DNA of 64,000 nucleotides from Ginglymostoma cirratum (lineage: Eukaryota): the NCBI GenBank assembly GCA_024137785.1, contig JAHRHZ010000062.1:36627424-36691423 (forward strand), given 5' to 3'. Shown in pieces: positions 52,270 to 62,841 of the stretch; the stretch's first letter is position 1; the number at the start of each line of letters is the position of its first letter. The translations under genes were made by a program, and so were the position numbers. The notes under the pieces are model-generated. The model saw only the letters and a program-made list of their open reading frames with translations. It had not been told where the DNA came from and did not search any database.

Positions 52270-52478
52270 TATCTGTTGAAACTCAGCAGGTTTGGGAGAA
52301 GCAGAGTTCATGTTTCGAGTCTGGCATTACTCTTACTGTTCTTCTCTGAAGAAGAGGCATACAGGACTTGAAATGTTAATTCTAGTTCTCTCTCCACAGA
52401 TGCTGCCAGACCTGCTGAGTTTCTCCAGCATTCTCTGGCTGTTTCATATTTCCAGCATCTACAATATTTTGTTTTTAT
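52270..52478. mobile_element. Palindromic Penelope-derived family C insertion
   Basis: gaaactcagcaggt is inverted relative to acctgctgagtttc. Decayed core ctgaaga...gaaatgtt at 52346-52377. Confidence 0.7.
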
Positions 52479-52815
52479 AATAATTAATCTCTTTTGATGT
52501 TAGGTGAAATCTCAGCAAATTTAGTAAATTTAAATAATATAAGAAATAAAGGTCCCTGAAGTACCCTAGCCATAATTAGTCTACTCTTTCCTTTCTGATG
52601 CTTGACAACACAAGCATAAGAACATCAGACTTAAGCCGGATAGTCCATTCTACCATTTGAGTCTGCTCTGCCATTCAATAACATCATGGCTGAACTGGTT
52701 ATGATCTCAACTCCAATTATCTACATGCCATTCCCCTAATCCCCCAGTCCTTGAAAAAGTATAATTCATTGACTTGAGAAGCCAATGTCTACAAATGTTC
52801 TTATCATACGTACAG

Positions 52816-53036
52816 GTCACTGTGATGGAAACCCAATAAATGACCTAACCTTGAAAAATGGCACAGTTCTTCAAAAAGATGATGACCCATTGATCTTTAT
52901 TCAAGACTGGACGGTGGCCAGCACAGAGACAGGCGTGATGATGAGTCGACGTTTAGAGGTTAACTGTTCTACAAGCAACTGTTCTGAATGCTTTAGAATG
53001 CTCCAGAGTGAGACGTTTTCCATCTGTCATGCACAC
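52816..53036 (+). CDS. OTOG: Otogelin coding exon, VWD end and C8 start
   Basis: Acceptor tacag, donor gtacgt, phase 1 to 0. Translates (G)HCDGNPINDLTLKNGTV...QDW...NCSTSNCSECFRMLQSETFSICHAH, within ORF 52785..53078. Confidence 0.95.
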
Positions 53037-53239
53037 GTACGTATTTATAACAATCAGGCAGAACAATGCACTACATAATTTCAGCTTATCAATCCTTATT
53101 CCTTCGCCACCATCTTTTAAGAATCATTGTTCATTATTTTCACAATCTACAGTGTCGTCCCACCACTACGTATTTCCTCCTTTTTCTTATCTGTATATTC
53201 TAAAGGGATATTACTTCTAAAATGCTTGTTCGCTTTGTC

Positions 53240-53460
53240 ATGATCCCCATCCATAACTGGCTTTCCCAAGGTTTCTTCCTCTACGCTGCAAAAATGTAAT
53301 ACCTGTTCATTTGCCTCTTATTCACAAATCATGACCAAAGGTTCTTCTCATACAGTTCAAAAATTTATACTCGCTTTCCCCAATTTAATATACATCATTT
53401 GCTGCTCTTCTTTAAGAAGATTCAGCAATCACTTCACAAAGCATCTTACGCTAAATTTTT
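53240..53460 (+). mobile_element. Very decayed Penelope (Neptune-type) GIY-YIG fragment
   Basis: RCKKCNTC-like Cys motif followed by NLIYIICCS and F-HL. Confidence 0.45.
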
Positions 53461-54169
53461 CATTTCCGGACACAAAGCAAAGGTACCTTGAGAGAACAGG
53501 AGATGTATGGAGCCTCAACTTTAAATATCTCTCTGATTCGGGCTGCCTGGCATTTTCATTAGGAAGGAAAATGTGCCATGCTGTGACCCAATATGAGACC
53601 CTTGCTTAAAGTGATGTTGAGTTCCCTATTTGAATGCCTTCTGTACATTCACGTTTCCTTGTCATTGCTAGTTTCATGTAGGTGGTGGGTACCTGTAGAC
53701 TGTGGATACCATGCTGGGTAAATTAATTCATGAACTTTGGGGAAACCTGCTGTGGAGTCAGGTACTGCTTGAACGGTGAGTTTAAAAACTCCTGCCAACT
53801 TCAAACATCGCATTGTAATGGTTTAGATACTTCCCTAATCCACCTGCTCAGAGATATTATTACACACCTCTAGAGAAGGTGAGGAAGGTTTTAATTATGT
53901 TTTCAGTGCAATGATTGATCATACAACTTTGTCCCTAAAATGTAAATGACCATTGAACGCACTAGCACTGCGTAAAGGTCCAGATGTATTTGAGTCCTTT
54001 CTCCATCTTCTGCATTATGCAGTAGGAAAGGATCAAATGTGAATGTTTGTCAGGGATGCTGTGGTTTGATTTGGCTGTACTGCATTTCATGTACACTATT
54101 ACTGCCACCCAGAATCTATCCAAGAGATTTATTTTAGCATCTTAAATTTCTTCTTATTGCTGATGTTCT

Positions 54170-54590
54170 TCAACTTTAACATAATTCTGGTAAATCTCCT
54201 CTCCATTAGTCCTTCACAATTTTTTGAACGTTTGATAATCAAAATAAGACACAAAGCACCAGCTGAGGCCTAACCAGCTTAACTGCCTTGTTTTTGTATT
54301 CTAAGTCTCTAATCTTAAAGCCAAAGATCCCATCTTTTACATTGTCTTTTTAACCTGCCACGATTTAGCTATGTCATTCCCCAGGTCTCTCTGTTTTGTC
54401 ACTTCCTTCAAAGTTGTCCCATTTAGTTTATAATGGTTGTTCCCATTCTTCTTCCTAAAGTGCCATTTTGACTTCTCTTTCATATGATATGTATGGCTTC
54501 CCCATCTCAATGTCTCCTTGAAGTCTACAACTGACCTGCTAATGATGTTACAAACCTGTACATTTTGTATCATCATTATCTCTACTGATC
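54170..54590 (-). mobile_element. CR1 LINE fragment
   Basis: Reverse ORF 54337..54576 contains YKLNGTTLKEVTKQRDLG. Confidence 0.7.
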
Positions 54591-54828
54591 ATTTACAATC
54601 AACACACTTAGTTTCGCATGTTTAATTGTTAGTACTTAGTTTTTTTTTAAAAATGTTACATATTAAAGAGAATAATAAACATTTGATATTGAATTCATGT
54701 AATAAATCACATCTCGTGATAGTGATGAAAGATATTTCAATAAAATCTTGTCCATCACTGTTGATCATTGTTATGTAACAGATCACCATAACTGCAAAAT
54801 TGTGAAGAATTTCTTTTTTTCATGCTAG

Positions 54829-54967
54829 GTTTCACCAGAAATGTTTTGTGAGCTCTGGATCCGTGATTCATTTTTTATGAACAGCCATTGTTCTGCTCTG
54901 GCTGCATATGTGGCTCTCTGTAACAAATTTAACATTTGCCTATCGTGGAGGAAACCAGACTATTGCT
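54829..54967 (+). CDS. OTOG: Otogelin coding exon, C8 domain
   Basis: Acceptor ttcatgctag, donor gtaagt, phase 0 to 1. Translates VSPEMFCELWIRDSFFMNSHCSALAAYVALCNKFNICLSWRKPDYC; the FCELWIRD motif matches recalled otogelin. Confidence 0.96.
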
Positions 54968-56973
54968 GTAAGTAGTGGTTTAAATAAACTGACATACGTT
55001 TACTGCATGATGACTGCCACAAACCCAGAAGTGGATAAAACACTCCCTACTTCACTAGCAATTGTTACAATTGTTACAATGGTGTATCATGTGGTGAGTA
55101 ACTTTACGTGGGCATTTACATCAACCTTCAAATCAAATTATATGTAAATCACAATCAAAAAAACAAACTGATAATGTGACTATAATGTCAATGTCTTATC
55201 TGTGCCTTTGTGACTGTCAGGTTCTTGAATTTTTTAATACAGAATTGTCTATTTTCCGAACCAATGAAAGAAAATGGTAGAGAAGCAGAGACAATTATGG
55301 AGAGAGCAGCAGGGTCATTATTTCTTTATTCTTGGGGTGTGGGCTTTTCTGGTAATTCGTATGAATGACCAAGCAGGAGTCCGCCAATGAGTTCTTCAAG
55401 CCTGTTCCACCATTGCAAGTGATGGCTGATAAACCTACCTCAATGCCGTTTTTGTGCGCTTCCGTTGTTATCAGACCCCTGGCAAGGTTCCCTAATTTCT
55501 TTCAGTTGTGTGTGGAATTACCAAAATGTTAAGAACCCAGGTGAGGAGAAATAAATTGGCTATCCTCCTATATTCATCCAGTGCTGGATGCAGCAAGACT
55601 GCTTTTGAAAGGAGCCTTTCCTTTCTCCCAGATACGATAGAATTTACGTTTTAAAAGTAGCCAATTTAAGTAGGCTTTCTTAAATTAGCAAAAGGAGTGA
55701 GTTTATTAATTGCTACATGCAAGAAGAAATGCTATCACACCACACATGCACACAGATCAGAAATGAGTGGTAAGAAAATGAAAGAAGTTACGGAAAAAGA
55801 TATATGAATTACTGTCTAAATTGTTCACAAATAGTTGATAGTTGAATGATGTTGACTTTGCAGTGGAGATTACCGGCAGCAATGACATTGGGAGGTGATC
55901 GGCTGGTTTCACAATCTTAAATTAACTGGTTGAGATTCTATAATTCTGATGTCTCTCAACCATGTTTGAGTTCCAGCATTCTGATAAGCGAGAGCCCTTT
56001 GCTTTCCTGTTTCATTTTTAACTGATAGGCAGCACACAGAGTTAGAGAAGAATTTTACCTGCAACATGGCTAACTAGGGAATAGTTCTTGGCTGTGACAA
56101 TCATAGCAAGCTAATTGTCAGACCCAGGATGGTACGTACAAAGGTATTCATTCCTACTAGTCCACTCAAGTAAAGTTGGAATAGGCTTTTTAAACCCCTT
56201 GTCTTTGTGGATTCTTCAAAAGGGAAAAACACAAACTGCCTGCAGTTTGGAAATAATCCACAGGGAATGGCTTGTGTTGAGCAGGGCACTGTCAGTTCCT
56301 CATTATCTTTGTAATCAACAGAGTCCTTCAGTCCTTGTCTGAAGTTTCTTTGACACGTTTAGGTATTACATCCCATTGATCCTACACAAAAGCTTTTGCA
56401 AAAGCATCAATTGTCCCTCCCTAAAAGGTTAAAAGTGTCCATAGAACTTTGTGATTTTGACTTCCGGTAATGAGCCTACCTTTTGGGGTTAGGTTTTGTA
56501 GTAGAGGCAGATGGATCTTAGTTCGTTCTCTGAAAGATTTCTTTTATAAGTTTAGAAATTCATTTGGAACAGTGACCTTCTTCCTGGAAGACGTATGATA
56601 AAGTCAAGGACCCCGGTGGTTTTAATGGATAGAATATTTATGCTGCTGACTTTACGCAGACTAGAGTCCATTAGTTTAACTTGTAACTTCAGTTCAGAAG
56701 AAACAGGAATTCAGTTTAGCAAGAGAATCAAGTTTTAGGATCAGATAGTTTGTAAAGATGTCTTCAAGTTGTTAGAATTTAGTTTAAGCCATCTGAAGTG
56801 TAAAATAAAAGAATATATTGTTTTTTTTTCCTTTTGTTCATAAATTTTTGTTTTGTTATTAAAGAATATCTGCTGCCTTCAGTGGCTAACTGTCATTGTA
56901 GCCAGTTGCAAAAATTTATTGATGAAGAGGAGTTTGTGGCAGTGCAGTGATGTTAATGGACTTTTTTTAAAAA

Positions 56974-57315
56974 ATCATTCATGGGATTAGGGCGTTGTTG
57001 ACCAGACAGCATTTGTTGCCCATCCCTGGTTGCCCAGAGGGCAGTTCAGAGTGAACGATATTGCTGTGGGTCTGGAGTCACATGTAGGCTAGACCAGGTA
57101 AGGATGGCAGTTTCATTCCCTAAAGGACATTAACGAACCACATGGGTTTTTCCTGACAATCAGCAGTGGGTTTATCAGATTCTTAATTCCAGATATTTTT
57201 TATTGAAGTCAAATTCCACCACCTGCCATGGTGCAATTCAAACCCAGGTCCCCAGAATGTTATCTAGGTCTCTGGATTATCAGTCCAGCGATAATACCAC
57301 TAGGCTATTGCCTAC
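56974..57315 (-). mobile_element. DeuSINE/SacSINE1-like SINE, near full length
   Basis: Same family as 6220-6523. It interrupts an older plus-strand copy (about 56928-56962 and 57320-57490). Confidence 0.75.
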
Positions 57316-57621
57316 CTTTGGAAATCCAGAAACCCAAACTAACACTATATGCACATGACTTGAATCTCACCATTGCAGATGGTGGAATTTGATTTCAATA
57401 AATAAATCTGGAATTAAAAACTTTGGCAAATGGCAACTAAGAAACCATTGTCCATTACAGTAAAAACCTCTCTTATTCTTGAATGTCATTTGTGGTTAAT
57501 CTCAATTTTCATTGTAACTGTTGTTTACTTGAAATATATTTTGCTGAATTTTTGAATAAATGTGAATTCAACTTAACCTTAAATAACTTTGCAACAAATG
57601 ATTTTCCTACTGTTGTTTCAG

Positions 57622-57813
57622 CCTTTACATGTCCTGCAAACATGATATACCAGGCTTGTGTACTCACATGTGAAGCGAAGACCTGCCAGAACAGAATTTT
57701 CTTTCCATCTGAGGATGTATCATGCTCTATCCTGAGTGAGGGATGTGTTTGTCCTGAAGGAACCATTCTCCATCGTCTAGACTCCACTTTGTGTATACCT
57801 GAGGAAAAGTGTG
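57622..57813 (+). CDS. OTOG: Otogelin coding exon, TIL domain
   Basis: Acceptor gtttcag, weak donor gtacag, phase 1 to 1. Translates (S)FTCPANMIYQACVLTCEAKTCQNRIFFPSEDVSCSILSEGCVCPEGTILHRLDSTLCIPEEKC. Confidence 0.94.
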
Positions 57814-58036
57814 GTACAGTAGATTATCTTGTCTACCCGTAGCCGTAAAGAACTAGCCACATGATCTTCCATTCTTTCTTTTATTGTAAATAAATGTATA
57901 TGAAACTTGGATATTTGTAGTACCAGGGACATTGGACTCATATATTACCAGATTACTAACTGTCAACATATTTTACTGTATGGATAACTATCTTGTTGCT
58001 CAAGGAAGGTAATTACATGCAGTTTATCATTTTCAG

Positions 58037-58249
58037 CTTGCACCGATACTTGGGGATTACCACATGCTGCTGGTGAGATGTGGAATGCCTCACTGGATGG
58101 ATGCTGCATGTACCAGTGCCTGGACAATGGGACAATTATTACAGTTGATCACAACTGCTCTTCAGTCCCCGATCCCATCTGTCACCGTTCTGGAGAAATA
58201 GTGGTTAGTCTAGCTGGTGATAAGAGCTGCTGCCCTAAAAAAATATGCA
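58037..58249 (+). CDS. OTOG: Otogelin coding exon, VWC-like Cys-rich module
   Basis: Acceptor ttttcag, donor gtaagt, phase 1 to 1. Translates (A)CTDTWGLPHAAGEMWNASLDGCCMYQCLDNGTIITVDHNCSSVPDPICHRSGEIVVSLAGDKSCCPKKIC. Confidence 0.95.
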
Positions 58250-58293
58250 GTAAGTGTTAAATTCTGTCTGCAGCTGTTTAATCCACCACATCC

Positions 58294-58401
58294 TGAGAAT
58301 CTGAGATAACAAGGTGTAGAGCTGGATGAACACAGCAGGCCAGGCAGCATCAGAGGAGCAGGAAAGCTGACGTTTCGGGTCTGGACCCTTCTTCAGAAAA
58401 A
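58294..58401 (-). mobile_element. Penelope-derived family A monomer, low divergence
   Basis: Nearly identical to the left arms at 16064, 44179 and 58668. Starts about 45 nt after the exon donor at 58250. Confidence 0.85.
58369..58396 (-). ncRNA. Minimal hammerhead ribozyme core (putative)
   Basis: Reverse strand reads CTGAAGA-A-GGGT-CCAG-ACCC-GAAA-CGTC, with intact boxes and a perfect helix II. Confidence 0.6.
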
Positions 58402-58667
58402 TGTCTGGAGAATGTTAGGTTTTCATAAAATAATTATGCTGTAGCCACATTGTTGTGATGTCCAAAAAAAGCATTGTAAATCCTGGAAGTTAAACCTAGA
58501 ATTAAAACCAGTGTCCTGAACCTAAAACTGTGCTCTAATCATTTAATCCAATGAATAATTCAATCCCAGGCCCAGAATTTCAATTCACATTGAAAATTGG
58601 AACTTCCAACTGCCCCAAGATTACAACATTGACCTTAAACTTCAAAATAAATCAATATACAAAGGCA

Positions 58668-58856
58668 GAGATAGTAGGAACTGCCGATGTTTGAGAATCT
58701 GAGACAACAAGTAGAGCTGGATGAACACAGCAGGCCAAGCAGCATCAGAGGAGCAGGAAATCTGACGTTTTGGGTCTAGACCTGAAACATCAGCTTTCCT
58801 GCTCCTCTGATGCTGCTTTGCCTGCTGTGTTCATCCAGCTCTACACCTTGTTGTCT
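58668..58856. mobile_element. Palindromic Penelope-derived family A insertion
   Basis: Arms meet at gggtctagacct. 14-bp TSD aatatacaaaggca at 58654-58667 and 58857-58870. Confidence 0.9.
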
Positions 58857-59475
58857 AATATACAAAGGCACCCTTGTTGCCTACTGCACCCCGGATATGC
58901 TGGCAAATAGGGCAGGCTTGTAGTGAATAGAGAGAGCAGAAGAGGGATGTAATGGAGCAGCAGCATGGTAGTCCATTGGTACCAACTTTGAAGAAACATT
59001 TAGCGTTGACAGCAACCTGTATGTATGTAGCTGTTTGTATGCAGCTCTCCCAAACTATATTCTGCAGACCAGTCAGTAGTCTGACATGGATGCCTCAAGC
59101 CTTCTGGCCTTCTGGCCCTCGGGCACTATGTGGAAACAACAGTGAAAATAATTTCTACAAAGTTATCGCAAATCAATGAGTAGGAAAATTGGGCAATTTC
59201 TATAATTTCGGCTGACATAGAGCAGGTTTAGAGCCAGGTTTTAAGTTGCAAAAATGTAGCCTTATATTTATTCAGACTTACCAGAAAAGCAATTCTGTTC
59301 TTACTCAATTGGAGAAAAGGAAATTGTGTTTCAGCTAGCTTGTATTCTTTCTTAAAGAGCCAACACATTTGTGTTAACTTTAAAAAGGCTTTAAGTACTG
59401 TGATGCTTTTGGATCCATGTAACAAATGAATACTATGTTAATGCATAATGCGCTATCACTGTATTCCATTTTCAG

Positions 59476-59580
59476 CTTGCAACCAAACAGTTTGTGAGAC
59501 TTTTGCTCCTCAGTGTACCTATGGAGAAAGGCTCATCACCCTTTACAAACCAGACTTCTGCTGTCCTGATTACTTTTGTG
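59476..59580 (+). CDS. OTOG: Otogelin coding exon, Cys-rich module
   Basis: Acceptor ttttcag, donor gtaggt, phase 1 to 1. Translates (T)CNQTVCETFAPQCTYGERLITLYKPDFCCPDYFC. Confidence 0.95.
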
Positions 59581-61204
59581 GTAGGTATATGTTAATGCAA
59601 ACAAATACATCCTGAAATATAATCTTGAGTGAGATCATGGAAATTCACAGGGGAAAAATGAAACTTGCACTACACAACACTTTTAATAAACATAGAATAT
59701 CTCAAAGATATTTAGAAGTGGTGAAGTTTAGTTGCTGTTTAATATTAATAATTTGGAAGCCAGTTTTCCCAAAAGAAACCTCGCACCTGCAACCATACGA
59801 TGGTAACAAGCTAAACTACATTTCTGATGTTGATTGACGGAATAATATTGGAGTGGGATTTTAGCCCAAAAACTTCTGTCTCAGCAAAACACAAGTGCTC
59901 CTGTTGTGGTCCCCATGTGCACTATTAACTTTTAAAAAAGAAATAAATTTCCCAGCAACTGACTAAGAGAATCACATGAGATTTCACATTTAAGACATTT
60001 ACTGTGACAAAGAAACTAAAATTAACATAAAGAAAATATTTCTTAATAGACAATTCATTTCTAAAACTATAAAAAGTTACTTCCCCACTAACTAGTTAAC
60101 ACGACTGAAAATATTTTATTACCTAATTACACATTAAACTACACCATCAGCAGAGGGATAGACTTATCAATGAATTCCCATATTCTTACCAGCTGTTCAG
60201 TGGGCTCCCTTCACTCGATCCCTAGTTTTCCAGAGGCTCTTGGAAATCCCTTCACTCAATTTTCTGACTATGTTCAAATGACTTCCAACCATAAGACCCT
60301 TTTCAGTGGTTCCTTGTTCCCTAAATCTTCACAAGTCCCATCTCTTTGATGGAAAATCACTTCTCCTAGACATACTATTCGATGACTAACATAAAATGGT
60401 CCTTTTCTCTGCTTTGCACAGCAACTGTTGCTTCACCCAATACTGTCTGTCTATCTTAGAGTCTGTGTCCAGAAAGACCAGTTTATCAGTCTTTTGTGTT
60501 AAGGTTTGTAAATTGCCAGATGATTTTCTATATATTTTGGTCCAGGTCTCTTTGGCAACCAACTCAGATGGGTCTCCCTCTGGGCAGAATTAGTATGATC
60601 ACACCATCCTTCTTTTAGAGCATTCTGTACTACCTTAAATTAAGAGATTCTGGAATGTAACTGTCATCTAGATCATTCATTCACATTGCTATAGATTGAG
60701 AGAGTACATGGATAGCATGTTTTTTTGTTTAGTTTTGTTTTTGTATAGTCACTGGGAAAGAATTACTTTTATTTAGTCATGGGATGTGAGGATCACTGGC
60801 AAAGCCAGCATTTGTTGCCAATCCATAATTATCCCTGAACTGATTGGCTTGCCATGTCATTTCACAGAGTTCCAGCTTCAAATTCAAATATGCATTCAGA
60901 TAGAGTGAGGAATAGGCATCAGGTGGTCACAGACAGGGCTAGTGATAATAAGCACATATAAACAACCTATACCATCTCCAAGAAAAACTGGAGAAAGTAT
61001 ATAGTGAAGGACGGTTGGTAGATAACCCCAAGATATACAGTGTTCAAGTTGGGGCGATGCATGAGATGTAAATCATAATTAAAAAAGTTACATTTTAAAT
61101 TTTGAGTAAATTTACAATATATACTTCCAAACATTTCAAACAAACATTTAAACTTTAATGCGTGAAATGTATTTACTGCTTGGCTGACAGACTGTTTTTT
61201 GCAG

Positions 61205-61309
61205 AATGTGATCCAAGAAATTGCGAGTCTGACATTCCAACTTGTCGAGAGGACCAAACTTTAATTGTTACTCGTGCCGATGGAAGTTGTTGCTTAGCAT
61301 ACATCTGTA
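61205..61309 (+). CDS. OTOG: Otogelin coding exon, Cys-rich module
   Basis: Acceptor ttttttgcag, donor gtaagt, phase 1 to 1. Translates (E)CDPRNCESDIPTCREDQTLIVTRADGSCCLAYIC. Confidence 0.95.
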
Positions 61310-62064
61310 GTAAGTTACACAATATATATATTTGATTCAAAATGACTTGTATTTGTTTATTAATTATAATTATAATCCAATCAGTTTTGCATCATTTACA
61401 GTGATACATACTTTATCTTAAATAAGTTCTGTTTTTGTCAGGAACCAAACTTGATTTTAAAATATTTAATGGAAGTCTACAGACAGATCCAAATTGTAAG
61501 GAGTTAAAAGTTTGCTTCGACTAATTTCTTTCTATTCCCATTTAACATTTTATCAGTTTTCATTCACAGTCGTACACAGAGCTTTCAAGATAATATGAAC
61601 ATTTTTGTGCTATTTTAAATTTTGTTGGAACTTATGCAAATGTAAGAAGGGCCCAAATTTTGTGGTCAGCAGTGTAGTAATTTAAATCAAGCTGATCTCT
61701 AAGAAAGGAGTAGCATTGGTGCCAGCTAGCAGGATAAACAGCCAACCATATCAATATATTCTCACAGGCAATGAGGAATTTAAAACTCCAGAATGTCATT
61801 AATTTTAAATTTAAATTTCAGGTAGCAAAATTAATCACTATCATTGCATTAAAATAGACATTAAAACATAGCTGAACCTGAAAATAAAAAGAAAACATGC
61901 AGCATTACTTTTTAATCCTGGCAAAATTTGACATTTTATGAATTTAGCTTTATGTTAACAGCTTTTTTTAGGGCTAATGAGAGCAAAAGAAGAGTAGTGA
62001 TAACTTAATGTGTCATTTTAAAATGTTTTGAAAGGCTATACCAGCAAGACTAACAGTGTAAATG

Positions 62065-62575
62065 GAATAAAACAAAGAACTGCGGATGTTGCAGATCTGA
62101 AACAAAAAACAATGTTGAATCCTAAAGGCTGCAGGGTCCACAAATGAAAGATGGGTTGCTGTTCTTTGAGCTTGTGCTGGGGATCACTGGAATACTACAG
62201 CAGGCCTGAGACAGAAACGTTGGTATGGAACATGCTGATGCATTGAACTGACAGGCCGTTGGAAGCTCTGGGTAATTTTTACGAACAGAATGTAGGTGTT
62301 ATGCATTCACCCATTGTGAGCAGCAAATACTGTACACTAGATTCAGTGAAGTCCCCTAAATCACTGCTTCACCTGAAAGGCATGTATGGGGCCTTGGATA
62401 GTGAGGAGTGAGAGATAAACAGGCAGTGTTACACCTTCTGTGATTGCATGGGAAGGTGCTGTGGTGAAGTGTTGTGAGTAGGAGTCGACCAGGGTGTCCT
62501 GGACAGAATGGTCCCTGCGGAATGCTGATAAAGGAGGGGGGGAAATATATTTGTGGTTGTGGCATCTCACTGGAC
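62065..62575 (-). mobile_element. Penelope (Neptune-type) element 3' fragment
   Basis: Reverse frames give PPLSAFRRDHSVQDTLV, FPCNHRRCNT, TIQGPIHAFQVKQ and NLVYSICCSQ, i.e. the Zn-finger-like linker and start of GIY-YIG, followed by a pLTR-like tail. Confidence 0.8.
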
Positions 62576-62739
62576 GTGAGTATGAGGCAAGTTCTTGTAA
62601 ATTTGAACATCTCCTATAAAGCTTCAGTATAAAAATATCACACTGCTAGATGTCTGAACTGAAACTTCTAATTGATCCTTAGAAATAACGTAAATACTTG
62701 CATAAGCATGATGGTAACATCTTATTTCCCTACAATTAG

Positions 62740-62841
62740 TGTGTGGTGCTTGTGCTGACAAAATTCCCACCTGCCAGAAAGGAGAAATCCTTATCGTAAA
62801 CAACAATACCACTGAGATGTGTTGCCCAGCCTACGAATGTG
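62740..62841 (+). CDS. OTOG: Otogelin coding exon, Cys-rich module (last visible in window)
   Basis: Acceptor caattag, donor gtaaga, phase 1 to 1. Translates (M)[33 protein letters not shown]. Confidence 0.94.

Noticed and set aside
55465-56910. Possible solo LTR(s), also about 59900-60690
   Set aside because: The composition is suggestive, but I could not define TG...CA ends with a TSD.
6580-58856. Recurring near-identical palindromic repeats as a CRISPR-like array
   Set aside because: They are dispersed, irregularly spaced and TSD-flanked in eukaryotic introns, with no spacers or cas genes.
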